Part shown: positions 55,901 through 64,000 of the stretch, in pieces
Position numbering within the stretch: position 1 is the first letter of the stretch
Layout: every line of letters begins with the position of its first letter
Source of the DNA: Nitrospirota bacterium
GTDB lineage: Bacteria; JACPQY01
Length of the DNA: 64,000 bases
NCBI GenBank assembly: GCA_016180645.1
Contig: JACPAV010000017.1
Span: 1 to 64,000, forward strand
Reading direction: 5' to 3'
Notes under the pieces: model-generated
Databases searched by the model: none
Seen by the model: the letters and a program-made list of their open reading frames with translations, nothing else
Told to the model about the DNA's origin: nothing
Translations under genes and position numbers: made by a program

Positions 55901-58134
55901 ACACGAACGTCGTCGAACTGGGCGCCGTCACCGCCGCCGGAGGCCCGCCCACCGGCGTCGCCGTGGCGATCACCAACCACCTTGGCGACCACACCTGTAG
56001 CCTATCCGCCTCAGGCGGAGTCCAATGCTGGGGACTCAACGGTAATGGTCAGCTCGGGGACGGGACAGTGGTCAACAAGTCGACTCCGGTGGCTGTGTCC
56101 ACGCTGACCGCGGCCGCCGCCGTCGCGGCTGGGCAATATCACACCTGCGCGCTGGGATCGGACGGCACGGTCCAATGCTGGGGATTCAATACTTCGGGTC
56201 AGTTAGGGGACGGGACGACGCTGAACAAGACAACCCCCGTGGCTGTCTCGACGCTCAGCGGTGTCGTCGCCTTGGCGGGAGGGAACGCTCACACTTGCGC
56301 GCTCGGCTCGGATGGCACGGTCAAATGCTGGGGATACAACACCTATGGTGGGCTAGGGGACGGAACGACGGTGAACAAATCCACGCCCGTGGCTGTGAGC
56401 CCAGTCACGAACACCTTGGCCGTCGCCCTCGCGTGCGGGAACACCCACACCTGCGCGCTCGGCTCGGACGGGACGGTCCGATGCTGGGGATACAATGGCA
56501 ACGGTCAGATTGGGGACGGGACGACAGGCGATAAATTGACTCCCGTGGACGTCTCCTCGCTCAGCGGTGCCATCGCCGTCGTGGGAGCGGACTTTCACAC
56601 TTGCGCGCTCGGCTCGGACGGCACGGTCAAGTGCTGGGGTTTCAATGGTTCGGGTCAGCTAGGGGATGGGACGACGGGCGACAAATCGACTCCCGTGGCC
56701 GTGTCCACACTGAGCGCGGCTGTCGCCGTCGCGGCAGGGGGCAATCACACCTGCGCGCTCGGCTCGGACGGCACGGTCAAGTGCTGGGGATTGAATATGG
56801 ATGGTCAGCTTGGCGACGGGACGAACGCCGATTCATCCACCCCCGTGGCCGTGTCGACGCTCAGCGATGCGATTGCCATCGCGGGGGGCCACGATCACAC
56901 CTGTTCCCTTCTTTCCGACGGCACGGTGAAGTGCTGGGGGTACAATGCCAGTGGTCAGCTCGGGGACGGGACGTCGGCGGATAAGTTCACTCCCGTCGCC
57001 GTCACCTCCCTCACCGGCACGGTCGGCGTCAAGCGCCCCGCTCCCGCCGAGGGCGGCGGGACAGGCCGGCCCTTCCGCGAAGGGATCTCGGGGCGGCACG
57101 GCTATCACGCCTGCGCACTTCTGTCGGATGGCACGGTCAAATGCTGGGGCAATACCAGTAACATCTTGGGTTATCTCGGAGACGGCACCACCGTGGGCAA
57201 CGTGACGCCGGTAGCCGTCAGCTCCTTGTCCAACGCCGTTGCCGTGGCGGCTGGATATGACCAAAGCTGCGCACTTCTGTCGGACGGCACGATCAAATGC
57301 TGGGGGCATGGCGGGTACGGCCAACTCGGGGACGGGACAACGGCGGATCAAGTGACGCCGGTAGCTGTAGCCTCAATCTCGACCGCGATCGCCGTTGCGA
57401 CGGGGGATAGCTTCGCGTGCTCGCTCCTGTCGGACGGGACGGTTAAGTGCTGGGGGTGGAACGCCTACGGCCAGCTAGGGGACGGTACGACAACCGACAA
57501 GACAACTCCAGTCGCCGTAACCTCTCTCTCGGATGCCGTGGCCATCGCGGCTGGAGGCTATTTCCACTGTTCGCTCCTTGCGGACGGAACCGTCAAGTGC
57601 TGGGGCTACAATGCCACCGGTCAGCTTGGCGATGGGACGAACACGGATGCGTCCATTCCCGTCACCGTCAGCACCCTCACAAATGCCGTGGCCGTGTCGG
57701 CCGGCTACGACCACGCCTGCGCACTCCTCTCGGACGGGACAGCCAGGTGCTGGGGCCTCAACCTGCAAGGCAGACTTGGGGATGGTACAACCATCGACAA
57801 GTCCACCCCCGTAGCCGTCAGTTCGCTGTCGAATGCCGTAGCCGTAGACGCAGGGGGCGGTCACACATGCGCGCTCCTCTCGGACGGGACGGTGAACTGC
57901 TGGGGGTACAACGGCAGCGGCACTCTCGGGGATGGGACGAGCGCGAGTAAGTCCACCCCCGTCGCCGTCAGCACCCTTACGAATGTCGTGGCCGTCATGG
58001 CGGGAGGCTACAATACCTGTTCCATTCTCTCTGACGGAACGGCTCGATGCTGGGGCCGCAACCAAGACGGCCAACTTGGCGACGGCACCACCACCAACGC
58101 CCTCACCCCCGTCCCGGTCACGAATCTTCCGTGA
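52930..58134 (+). CDS. Giant surface lipoprotein (~1734 aa): GGVR tandem repeats, multiple Ig-like domains, cysteine-rich module, ~17 RCC1 repeats
   Basis: Signal peptide with lipobox LSSCY. The 48 nt tandem repeat (GGVRGGVRGGVRGAEQ) shows synonymous variation between copies. Repeated ~90 aa domains ATFxFxSxD...CSLDGG...GxHTFxVxAxDxxGN. From ~55980 on, ~17 repeats of DGTVKCWGxNxxGQLGDGTT...TPVAV (RCC1/beta-propeller blades). Confidence 0.8.
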   Translation: MRMTPNRLSPFFLLTTCLSLLIILSSCYRKSSDLPPRKSAGISTLVPLDIAVPLSPEVAAALNGVADVDGLAANVTVNGSPMAEGVRGGVRGGVRGAEQGGVRGGVRGGVRGAEQGGVRGGVRGGVRGVPERVDAVAAPFTGASSDAGIKPAPTKKSRHVAKRQASGAPELEYFFEVSIDIPPEGFLDGKNDFKTTIRPASEDVPLVEVSTPVTIKIPAPSEDGAPPAAGGGGFPLEVEETPIAAKDIQLPKSEGSTVSTLVKVSVAIQEAKASGATGKDLFSQAITKTKDVSYKPSEEQVKATFKTLAQDLKATVIAQIKAEMAELEALGVEGYTFSVEELESVEIDVEVDLTAPETIASISPDAAEEGVPITLTASCFDSSEIQSVGARHAAPVHRQAETDESCTFVCSVNGEPFEYCASGESVTLPAGTYTLLVAAEDELGNRDESPVEITFTVVPGGSFTCGNDLCEPGESETTCPADCLAVCGDSICEDDETVETCPQDCDVTAPETEITVKPFLISNSTSAAFEFTCADAVGAPFTGASSDAGVKPAATCVFFCQLDIGTPEPCTSPFSATVGEGFHTFAVYAEDESGNADDSWAYYDWTVDLTASDTQILTGPAGYTDETTATFTFKSADTGVIGFECSLDGGAWQGCSSPYTAPYSLDAGEHTFFVRAYDSANNPDASPAGYAWTIDLTPPGVFFYSGPDTVTNASTATFDFDSTDTSVEFFTCSLDDGPEIDCDAPYTVPVTLTEGLHWFILIGYDVAGNPSSAVGYLWIVDQTPPGAVIGYPANAGSYASASVTSITGTASDTDSSVLFVEISLKSSDNYYFDGSSWVTPETWLMADITPDPSGTDTWSYDLLSSLSPDSYTLKAVATDEAYNEQATPDQITFTISGGGDTTAPTFAGLDSTSTVSSTELNLAWIAASDAVSLPGNISYDICESTTQGACVSTFTVNASVVGVTTTNRTGLTPSTTYYYVVRARDEAANTDTNVVELGAVTAAGGPPTGVAVAITNHLGDHTCSLSASGGVQCWGLNGNGQLGDGTVVNKSTPVAVSTLTAAAAVAAGQYHTCALGSDGTVQCWGFNTSGQLGDGTTLNKTTPVAVSTLSGVVALAGGNAHTCALGSDGTVKCWGYNTYGGLGDGTTVNKSTPVAVSPVTNTLAVALACGNTHTCALGSDGTVRCWGYNGNGQIGDGTTGDKLTPVDVSSLSGAIAVVGADFHTCALGSDGTVKCWGFNGSGQLGDGTTGDKSTPVAVSTLSAAVAVAAGGNHTCALGSDGTVKCWGLNMDGQLGDGTNADSSTPVAVSTLSDAIAIAGGHDHTCSLLSDGTVKCWGYNASGQLGDGTSADKFTPVAVTSLTGTVGVKRPAPAEGGGTGRPFREGISGRHGYHACALLSDGTVKCWGNTSNILGYLGDGTTVGNVTPVAVSSLSNAVAVAAGYDQSCALLSDGTIKCWGHGGYGQLGDGTTADQVTPVAVASISTAIAVATGDSFACSLLSDGTVKCWGWNAYGQLGDGTTTDKTTPVAVTSLSDAVAIAAGGYFHCSLLADGTVKCWGYNATGQLGDGTNTDASIPVTVSTLTNAVAVSAGYDHACALLSDGTARCWGLNLQGRLGDGTTIDKSTPVAVSSLSNAVAVDAGGGHTCALLSDGTVNCWGYNGSGTLGDGTSASKSTPVAVSTLTNVVAVMAGGYNTCSILSDGTARCWGRNQDGQLGDGTTTNALTPVPVTNLP
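53345..53402 (+). repeat. REP/MITE-like family 2 element inserted in-frame inside the giant gene (copy A)
   Basis: GGTAGCCGCACCCtttaCGGGTGCGTCctcgGACGCGGGCataaaGCCCGCGCCTACC. Translated as AVAAPFTGASSDAGIKPAPT. Confidence 0.7.
54538..54595 (+). repeat. REP/MITE-like family 2 element inserted in-frame inside the giant gene (copy B)
   Basis: GGTAGGCGCACCCtttaCGGGTGCGTCttcgGACGCAGGCgtaaaGCCTGCGGCTACC. Translated as AVGAPFTGASSDAGVKPAAT. Sits between two Ig-like domain repeats. Same flanking tgacgc as copy A. Confidence 0.75.
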
Positions 58135-58153
58135 ACCTGCGATCGGACGAGCC

Positions 58154-58239
58154 TTCGTAGGGGAGACTTCGTAGGGGAGCAGCTTTAGCTGCTCCCTCCT
58201 CTTGGGAGGACTTGGGAGGACCTAAAGGTCCTCCCCTAC
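58154..58239. repeat. REP/MITE-like family 1 element (with internal short duplications) immediately after the giant-gene stop
   Basis: cttcgtaggggaga + cttcGTAGGGGAGCAGCtttaGCTGCTCCCtcctcttgggaggacttGGGAGGACCtaaaGGTCCTCCCCTAC. Homologous to the element at 10-70. Confidence 0.7.
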
Positions 58240-58254
58240 AATTCATCCGCTTCG

Positions 58255-58554
58255 TTGCACTACACCTGTTCCCTTCTCTCCGACGGCACCGTCAACTGCT
58301 GGGGGTCCAATCTGTACGGCCAACTCGGCGATCGCGCTGAGCGCGACTCGCGCCCCGCTCAGCGGGACGACGGCGAACAGATTGACACCGGTTCCGGTGC
58401 CCAATCTTCCGTGACCCGTGGTCCGTTCTTCGTAGCGTCCGGTTTCATACCGGACGATCTTCCGCCCCGTGTAGAACGGGGCGCTACGAGTTCTTCTTGC
58501 GCGCCACTGGCCACGTCCTCCCTCACCCCGGTCTCCGCAACAAGCTTGCCCTGA
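58255..58554 (+). pseudogene. Diverged duplicate of the giant gene's terminal RCC1 repeat and C-terminus, disrupted by a 34-nt palindromic insert
   Basis: Begins HYTCSLLSDGTVNCWGSNLYGQLGD, a complete RCC1 blade. After the insert CGCGCTGAGCGCGactcgcgcccCGCTCAGCGGG the alternate frame reads ANRLTPVPVPNLP*, matching the real C-terminus TNALTPVPVTNLP* at 58134. Confidence 0.65.
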
Positions 58555-58580
58555 CCGGGCGGCGAGAGTAAGATCAAACC

Positions 58581-58835
58581 ATGGATACAAAGAACGGGCG
58601 TCGGATCACCGACCACCAACTCATCACGGTTTTCAAGGGCATCGATTCCAGACTGCGCAAGCTGGAGGTGCTTCCCGGCCAGGTCCAGCAACTTCACAAG
58701 CAAATGGGGCTTGTGGTTGACCGCCTGGATCGGCTCATTGAGGAAGTTGTCCGCTCCCGGACCTTCGATGCCGGCAAATCCCAGCAATTGGAGAGACGAG
58801 TCGAAGCTCTCGAGAAAAGAGCATCGGATTCCTGA
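58581..58835 (+). CDS. Small hypothetical coiled-coil protein
   Basis: 84 aa, helical heptads (LERRVEALEKRASDS). No family recognised. Confidence 0.3.
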   Translation: MDTKNGRRITDHQLITVFKGIDSRLRKLEVLPGQVQQLHKQMGLVVDRLDRLIEEVVRSRTFDAGKSQQLERRVEALEKRASDS

Positions 58836-58865
58836 GAAGCGCCCTCCCAGCCCACCGTACTCTCG

Positions 58866-60233
58866 CTACTGAATCTCAATCTTCTCCATCGCCTGCGGCA
58901 CATGGCAGACCCAGCCGAGCGTGTCCCGCAGCTTCATTCTCAGGGTGTCCGAAGCCTGCGGTTCTCCGTGGACGATGAGCGTTTGCCGCGGCGGTCTCTT
59001 GAACCCGCGCAGCCAGCGGAGAATCTCCTCCTGATCCGCATGGGCGGACAAAGCGGTCATCTCGCGGACCTCCGCGGCGACGGGGTAGTACTCACCGTGC
59101 ATCTTGATCTCGGGGGCGCCTTCGCGGAGGAGGCGTCCACGCGTTCCCGCCGCCTGGTATCCCGTTAGCAAGATACAATTCCGCCGGTCTCCAAGCCGCT
59201 CTTCCAAGTGGCGAAGCACCCGACCCCCGGTGAGCATTCCGCTGCCGGCGATCACGATCGAGCTCTTCCTCTTGTGCAGGACTTCTTCCGATTGCTGCGC
59301 GCTCCGGACCATCACGGCGGCTGAATCCAACGCCCGGCATTCGGCAGGAGAAAGTCGGTGCCACGAGGAGTGGCTCAGGAAGATTTCCGTGGCCTGGATC
59401 GCCATCGGGCTGTCGAGGTAAATCGGCAGATTGGGTATCCGATTCATCCGTTTGAGTTGGGACAGAAGGTAGAGCAGCTCCTGCGCGCGCCCGACGGCGA
59501 AGCTGGGGATGATGAGATGGCCTCGGCGCCCGGTAACCTCGTCCACCACGCGGGCTAGCGTATGAAGCGGGAGTTCCCGAACATGCCGGCGGTCGCCGTA
59601 GGTGGATTCGATCACCAGTGTGTCCGCGCGGTCCACGGTTTCGGGTGGAGGATAGATGAGAGGTTTCTGGCGTCCCAAGTCACCGGTGAAGAGGATGCGG
59701 TGTCCTTCCACATCGAGTTCGACGAGGGCGGAACCGAGGATGTGGCCGGAGGGGCGGAGCCGGAATCGAATGCCCTCGCCGATCTCCTTCCACATTCCGA
59801 GCTGCAGGGTGGCGGCCTGTTTCAGCGCCGCGCGCGCCTCCTTTTCCGTGAAGAGAGGCCGGGCGGGTCGATGCTTGGAGTACCCCATCTCGTTGGCGGT
59901 GGCCGCCTCTTCCTCCTCGATCCGGGCCGCATCGACGAGCACGAGCCGGGCGAGATCGGCCGTCGGCGGCGTGCAAAAGATGGGACCGTCGAAGCCGCCC
60001 CGGGCCAGCAGGGGCAGGGCGCCGCAATGGTCGAGGTGCGCGTGAGTCAAGATGAGGGCATGGATTGAAGGAGGGTCGACGGGGAAATCCGCCCAATTCC
60101 GCAGTCGAAGCTCCTTCAGGCCCTGGAAGAGGCCGCAATCGATCAGGACTCGTCGTCTGCCCGCGTCGACGAGGAATTTGGAGCCGGTGACGGTTCCGGC
60201 CCCGCCGAGGAAGTAAATCGAAATGCGAGCCAT
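58866..60233 (-). CDS. MBL-fold metallo-hydrolase of the beta-CASP family (RNA-metabolising, RNase J/CPSF-like)
   Basis: HAHLDHCG metal-binding motif, beta-CASP segments (motifs A-C), C-terminal MBL-RNA-binding-like region. Confidence 0.8.
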   Translation of the reverse strand: MARISIYFLGGAGTVTGSKFLVDAGRRRVLIDCGLFQGLKELRLRNWADFPVDPPSIHALILTHAHLDHCGALPLLARGGFDGPIFCTPPTADLARLVLVDAARIEEEEAATANEMGYSKHRPARPLFTEKEARAALKQAATLQLGMWKEIGEGIRFRLRPSGHILGSALVELDVEGHRILFTGDLGRQKPLIYPPPETVDRADTLVIESTYGDRRHVRELPLHTLARVVDEVTGRRGHLIIPSFAVGRAQELLYLLSQLKRMNRIPNLPIYLDSPMAIQATEIFLSHSSWHRLSPAECRALDSAAVMVRSAQQSEEVLHKRKSSIVIAGSGMLTGGRVLRHLEERLGDRRNCILLTGYQAAGTRGRLLREGAPEIKMHGEYYPVAAEVREMTALSAHADQEEILRWLRGFKRPPRQTLIVHGEPQASDTLRMKLRDTLGWVCHVPQAMEKIEIQ

Positions 60234-60341
60234 TGAACGGGGATCAGAATGATCGGAAATTCCGGACGATGCAACCCGCCCTCGAGGTCGAGCCCCGTGC
60301 CAAGCATAGTCCGAAGTTCGGCCTCCAAGATTACGGCCTGC

Positions 60342-61256
60342 CTACCGGGAGGAACGCGTGCTTTGAAATCGCATGGGGAGGATGGAGGCGCCGCGCGGAT
60401 CCTCTCGGGCGGGAGGTCCCTTGCGTTTTCGCAGATAGAGATCCCGGTCCGCTTCATGAATCAGCATTTCGGGAGTCGACCGTTTTCCGGGAGGAACCAC
60501 TCCCTGGCCGATCGTTACAGAGACCGGGGCATCGAGTGTCAGGTTCGGCTGAGCGGAATCCCGAATGGCGTTGGACATACGTTCCTTGAATTCCTCGATG
60601 CCGCTGTCGGTGGTTTCCGGAAGGAGGACAACAAACTCGTCCCCCCCGAACCGGAAAACGCTGTCCGTTCGTCGGATGGCTTCACGAAGCGCGGCCCCTA
60701 CCTGGGCAAGGACATCGTCGCCCGCGGCATGCCCGTACCGGTCATTGATCGCTTTGAAGCCGTTGAGATCCAGTAGCAGCAGGGCGAGTGAGCGATCATA
60801 GCGCTGCGCCCGCGCCAGCTCCTCCTCCAGTCTCTGTTCACAGTAGCGGCGGTTGCCGAGTCCGGTCAGAGGATCGGTGACGGAAAGTTTCTGGAGTTTG
60901 CGGTTGGCGCGGACCAATTCGGCGCGCTGCCTCCGCAGGCGATCCAAGGCGGTTCCCAGCACGAATCCGAAAAAAGAAAACGCCGCGAGGCTGCAAAGGG
61001 TAAGGTAAAGGTAGAGCGAGCTGGAGTTCTGGAGTTCGTGGGCAAGCCAGCCGCCGGTCTTGGCCCACCCTTCATGCTCTTCTACGAATCGGAGCAGCAG
61101 CCAACCCGTGGGTGCTCCCAGGCCGAGGAGTACCCCGGCCATGCCCAGACGGACGCGAAGGGACAGGGCCCGCGCGAAGCTGCGTCCCCTTGAGAAGGCA
61201 TACCCCCAGTCCACCATCCTCAGTCTCATGAACCAAAGTCTACACCCCGGCGGCAA
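60342..61256 (-). CDS. Membrane-anchored GGDEF diguanylate cyclase
   Basis: Two N-terminal TM helices, then a GGDEF domain with RFGGDEFVVLLP and an I-site-like RxxD. Confidence 0.85.
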   Translation of the reverse strand: MPPGCRLWFMRLRMVDWGYAFSRGRSFARALSLRVRLGMAGVLLGLGAPTGWLLLRFVEEHEGWAKTGGWLAHELQNSSSLYLYLTLCSLAAFSFFGFVLGTALDRLRRQRAELVRANRKLQKLSVTDPLTGLGNRRYCEQRLEEELARAQRYDRSLALLLLDLNGFKAINDRYGHAAGDDVLAQVGAALREAIRRTDSVFRFGGDEFVVLLPETTDSGIEEFKERMSNAIRDSAQPNLTLDAPVSVTIGQGVVPPGKRSTPEMLIHEADRDLYLRKRKGPPAREDPRGASILPMRFQSTRSSR

Positions 61257-61328
61257 AGAGCGGGATGATGGGGGTCACTCTTAGGGACTGATCCCGCGGC
61301 GTGTGGCGCCACGGGATCCTCGCTCCTT

Positions 61329-61375
61329 GTAGGCGCAGCCTTCAGGCTGCGTCCGCATCGCGGGCTAAAGCCCCA
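61329..61375. repeat. REP-like family 2 element (inverted orientation, lacks one terminus) in the GGDEF - acyl-CoA dehydrogenase intergenic region
   Basis: GTAGGCGCAGCCttcaGGCTGCGTC cgcatc GCGGGCtaaaGCCCC. The reverse complement aligns with 52699-52724 and 52741-52765. Confidence 0.6.
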
Positions 61376-61466
61376 TGCCACGGAGGGTATGGGACCATGA
61401 TATGTCGCCGCACCACGGATGGTGCGGCATGGAACATGGCCCGCGGCTACCGAATGTCCGAGGATT

Positions 61467-63239
61467 CTACTCGAAAATGCGGCCCTGAGTCTCGACGAGG
61501 AGTTGTGAGATCTGGGTCTTGAGGTTGATCGTGCGAATGGGAACGATGGGGACGAGCCGCCGGATCACCGCGAGGTGTTTCTGATACTCATCGTCGTCGC
61601 ACTCGTTGGCCATCAGGCGCTTGGCGCTGCCGTTGATGCGCTCATTCGCCGAAGCCACGAAGGAGTAGCACATTTGAGAATGCAGCCGGGCCTTTTCCGG
61701 TCCTTTTTCCTGGAGGACGCGGGACGTGCGGGTGGCGGCGCAGTCCATGGCAAAAAGGTCCATGATCATGTTGCTCCAGACCATGAGCTGTTGCTGTTTG
61801 TCCTTCAAGTCGGCGAGGTTCTTCTGAACGAGAACATTCCCCACGTAGACGATGAGGCGCTTGGCCATCTCCACGGCGTGGCGTTCCCTCGCAAGCGGGC
61901 CGTTGGTCATGGCGGGGATCTTGGAGCCGTCCAACTCATCCTGCACCTGCTGCACGAAGGGCATGAGAGGGATCTTCCCTTCCATCGCCCGTTTCAGCAC
62001 CGTGCTCGGAATGATGAGCCGGTTGATTTCGTTCGTGCCTTCGAAAATTCGGTTGATGCGGGCATCGCGGTAGTGGCGCTCGATGGGATAGTCTTTGAGA
62101 AAACCGTATCCGCCGAGGACTTGGAGCGCCTCATCGGCCACGTAATCGAGAGTTTCCGTTCCGAAAACCTTGGAGATCGAGCACTCCACGGTGTATTCCT
62201 CGATGGCCGCCGCCGCTTCCTTGTAGTAGGTGGGGCTGTTCTTGTCGAGGTCCTTCAAGGCGGCATCGACAAAACCCGCGCTGCGATAGTTGATGCTGTC
62301 CGCCACGAAAATCCGCGTCGCCATGTCGGCCAGCTTCTGCTGGATCGCGCCGAACTCGGCAATGGGCCGGTTGAACTGCTTGCGCTCGGATGCGTATTTC
62401 ACGGCCGTTTCGAGGCACTCCTTGGCCGTGCCCACGGAGCCGCCGCCCAGTTTGAGGCGACCCACGTTCAGGATGTTGAACGCGATCTTGTGCCCGCGGC
62501 CGCGTTCCCCCAGGAGCCTGTCCGCGGGAATCCGGGCATCCTCCAGGATCAACGGCCGGGTGGAGGAGCCGTGAAGGCCGAGTTTGTGTTCTTCGGCGCC
62601 GACGGAGACGCCGGGGTCCGTCTTCTCCACCAGGAAGGCGGTGAATTCCCGGCCGTCGATCTTGGCGAAGACGGTGAAGAGGTCGGCGAAGCCGGCGTTG
62701 GTGATGAACTGCTTTACGCCGTTAAGGACATAGTGCTTGCCGTCCGGCTGGAGGACGGCCGTGGTTTTGGCGGCGAGGGCGTCTGAACCGGCCTGCGGCT
62801 CGGTCAGCGCATAGGCGGCGAGAATCTCGCCGGTGCCCAGCTTCGAGAGGTACTTCTTCCGCTGCTCTGCGTTGCCGTAGTACACGATAGGGAGGGTGCC
62901 GATGCCGGTTTGCGCTCCGAGGGTGACCGCGAAGGAGGCATCCTTCGCGAATTCTTCGGAGAGCCGCATGGCCATGGACTTCGAGAGGGCGAGACCACCG
63001 TACGCCTCTGGCAGTTCGACGGCCAGGAATCCATTCTGGCCCGCCTTCTTCAGAAGCTGGACGATCAGCCCTTCCTGCTTCTGATCGAGCTCCTCCTTGC
63101 GGGGAAGGACTTCCTGGAGCATGAAATCCCGGGCCGCTTGGACGAGGGCCCGATCCTCGGCGGTGAAATCCTCGGGCGTGAAAATCGAGACCGATCCGAA
63201 CGGTTCGGTGATAAATGCGCAACCTTTCATGACGGCCAT
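61467..63239 (-). CDS. Long-chain acyl-CoA dehydrogenase (ACAD with N- and C-terminal extensions)
   Basis: ACAD N/M/C domain pattern (LTEPQAGSD, GxKxFIT, YRDARINRIFEGTNEI). 590 aa. Confidence 0.85.
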   Translation of the reverse strand: MAVMKGCAFITEPFGSVSIFTPEDFTAEDRALVQAARDFMLQEVLPRKEELDQKQEGLIVQLLKKAGQNGFLAVELPEAYGGLALSKSMAMRLSEEFAKDASFAVTLGAQTGIGTLPIVYYGNAEQRKKYLSKLGTGEILAAYALTEPQAGSDALAAKTTAVLQPDGKHYVLNGVKQFITNAGFADLFTVFAKIDGREFTAFLVEKTDPGVSVGAEEHKLGLHGSSTRPLILEDARIPADRLLGERGRGHKIAFNILNVGRLKLGGGSVGTAKECLETAVKYASERKQFNRPIAEFGAIQQKLADMATRIFVADSINYRSAGFVDAALKDLDKNSPTYYKEAAAAIEEYTVECSISKVFGTETLDYVADEALQVLGGYGFLKDYPIERHYRDARINRIFEGTNEINRLIIPSTVLKRAMEGKIPLMPFVQQVQDELDGSKIPAMTNGPLARERHAVEMAKRLIVYVGNVLVQKNLADLKDKQQQLMVWSNMIMDLFAMDCAATRTSRVLQEKGPEKARLHSQMCYSFVASANERINGSAKRLMANECDDDEYQKHLAVIRRLVPIVPIRTINLKTQISQLLVETQGRIFE

Positions 63240-63398
63240 GCTGACAGCGATAATGTCAGACCTGTATGACCGCGGTCAACCCCGCAATCCCGCGAGCCGC
63301 GGTCGCAGAGGGTGGGTTGGAGCCGAAGACGGATTCGGCTGAAAGGGGATCGCTGGTGTCAGATCCTCGCCGGAATAGGTGTGGGGACAGCCCACCAC

Positions 63399-63884
63399 TC
63401 AGGCCGCGTCTCCGGCGGCCTTCTCAAGCTGCTGGTAAAGGGCGGGTTGTTCCTCGCGAATCCGCTGGAGGGCGGTGCGGCCGACAAACGTGAGGGCCAC
63501 TTCGCTCTCCGCCCGCGCGGAGAACGGAAGGCCCACGTCGGCCATCAGAACCTGGAACCCCAGGACACACGGATCGGCGCACTCGCGCACCTTCCGCCGT
63601 CCCTTCAGGAAGGCGATCTTCCCGGACTCATGCACATAGACGCCGAGAGGACGGTGGCCTTCGTAGAACACGACCTGCCCCCGCTGGTACGCCTGCTGTG
63701 TTCCCCGCGTCTTGAGTTGATCCAATGACTCGGTATCAAGCTTGAGCGCAAGGGGTTTCTGAACTCTTCGACCCTTCGCCAAGGGCAGGGGGATGGGAAT
63801 GGCGCGTTCGCCCGATTCCGCCTGTGCATCTTTCATCGGTCCATTGTCCTTCGCCGGGTCTCTCCTGAACATGATGTGGGTCAA
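63399..63884 (-). CDS. Cyclic-nucleotide-binding domain protein
   Basis: GQVVFYEGHRPLGVYVHESGKIAF ... ARAESEVALTFV, typical of a cNMP-binding beta-roll. Confidence 0.55.
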   Translation of the reverse strand: MTHIMFRRDPAKDNGPMKDAQAESGERAIPIPLPLAKGRRVQKPLALKLDTESLDQLKTRGTQQAYQRGQVVFYEGHRPLGVYVHESGKIAFLKGRRKVRECADPCVLGFQVLMADVGLPFSARAESEVALTFVGRTALQRIREEQPALYQQLEKAAGDAA

Positions 63885-63909
63885 CTTCCTCCCCGTTCCA
63901 TGGGCCGGC

Positions 63910-64000
63910 TAGGCCTCCGAGTCCACCAACTCATCGATTTTGCGCGGATTGAGAACCGTGATTTGGCGGCCTTTGAGGCGAATGAACCCGCGGTCTTCCA
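63910..64000 (-). CDS. C-terminal fragment of a protein continuing beyond the window end (hypothetical)
   Basis: Open frame ...EDRGFIRLKGRQITVLNPRKIDELVDSEA* ends with TAG at 63910-63912 and has no start within the window. Confidence 0.3.

Noticed and set aside
61575-62786. 403 aa plus-strand ORF antisense to the acyl-CoA dehydrogenase
   Set aside because: Internal to a well-conserved ACAD gene. No motifs.

Overview
This is a 64 kb, high-GC window from a Gram-negative-type bacterial chromosome (lpxD-fabZ-lpxA-lpxB-msbA, skp, lspA and an F0 atpZ-I-B-E block are present). The first ~15 kb, on the minus strand, is a large gas-vesicle (gvp) locus. A sigma-54-type promoter lies upstream of gvpA. 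The locus continues through two coiled-coil proteins, gvpN, a small coiled-coil ORF, an Hsp20, a two-ring CDC48/VCP-like AAA+ ATPase, four GvpF/L paralogs (one with a C-terminal DnaJ J-domain), gvpG, a GvpO-like gene, two further GvpA-family genes and gvpK, and ends in a PAS/HisKA/REC hybrid histidine kinase. Directly upstream sit an NtrC-family sigma-54 enhancer-binding protein, a hypothetical protein and a CheY-like receiver. The co-operonic chaperone/unfoldase module (J-domain + sHsp + CDC48-like) inside the gvp operon is the most unusual system in the window. The rest is mostly housekeeping (rsmE, tlyA, htrA, clpB, crp, trkAH, ileS-lspA, argH, pgpA-cinA, thpR, an MFS transporter, an acyl-CoA dehydrogenase, a GGDEF protein) plus a carbamoyltransferase with two small membrane ORFs. 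A tRNA-Phe has transposase remnants on its 3' side. A giant lipoprotein gene (~1734 aa; Ig-like domains plus ~17 RCC1 repeats) carries two in-frame copies of a ~58 nt compound palindromic REP/MITE-like element. Related elements occur in intergenic DNA, and a second element family sits at a duplicated, broken 3' end of that gene. lpxA is split by a frameshift in a G12 homopolymer.
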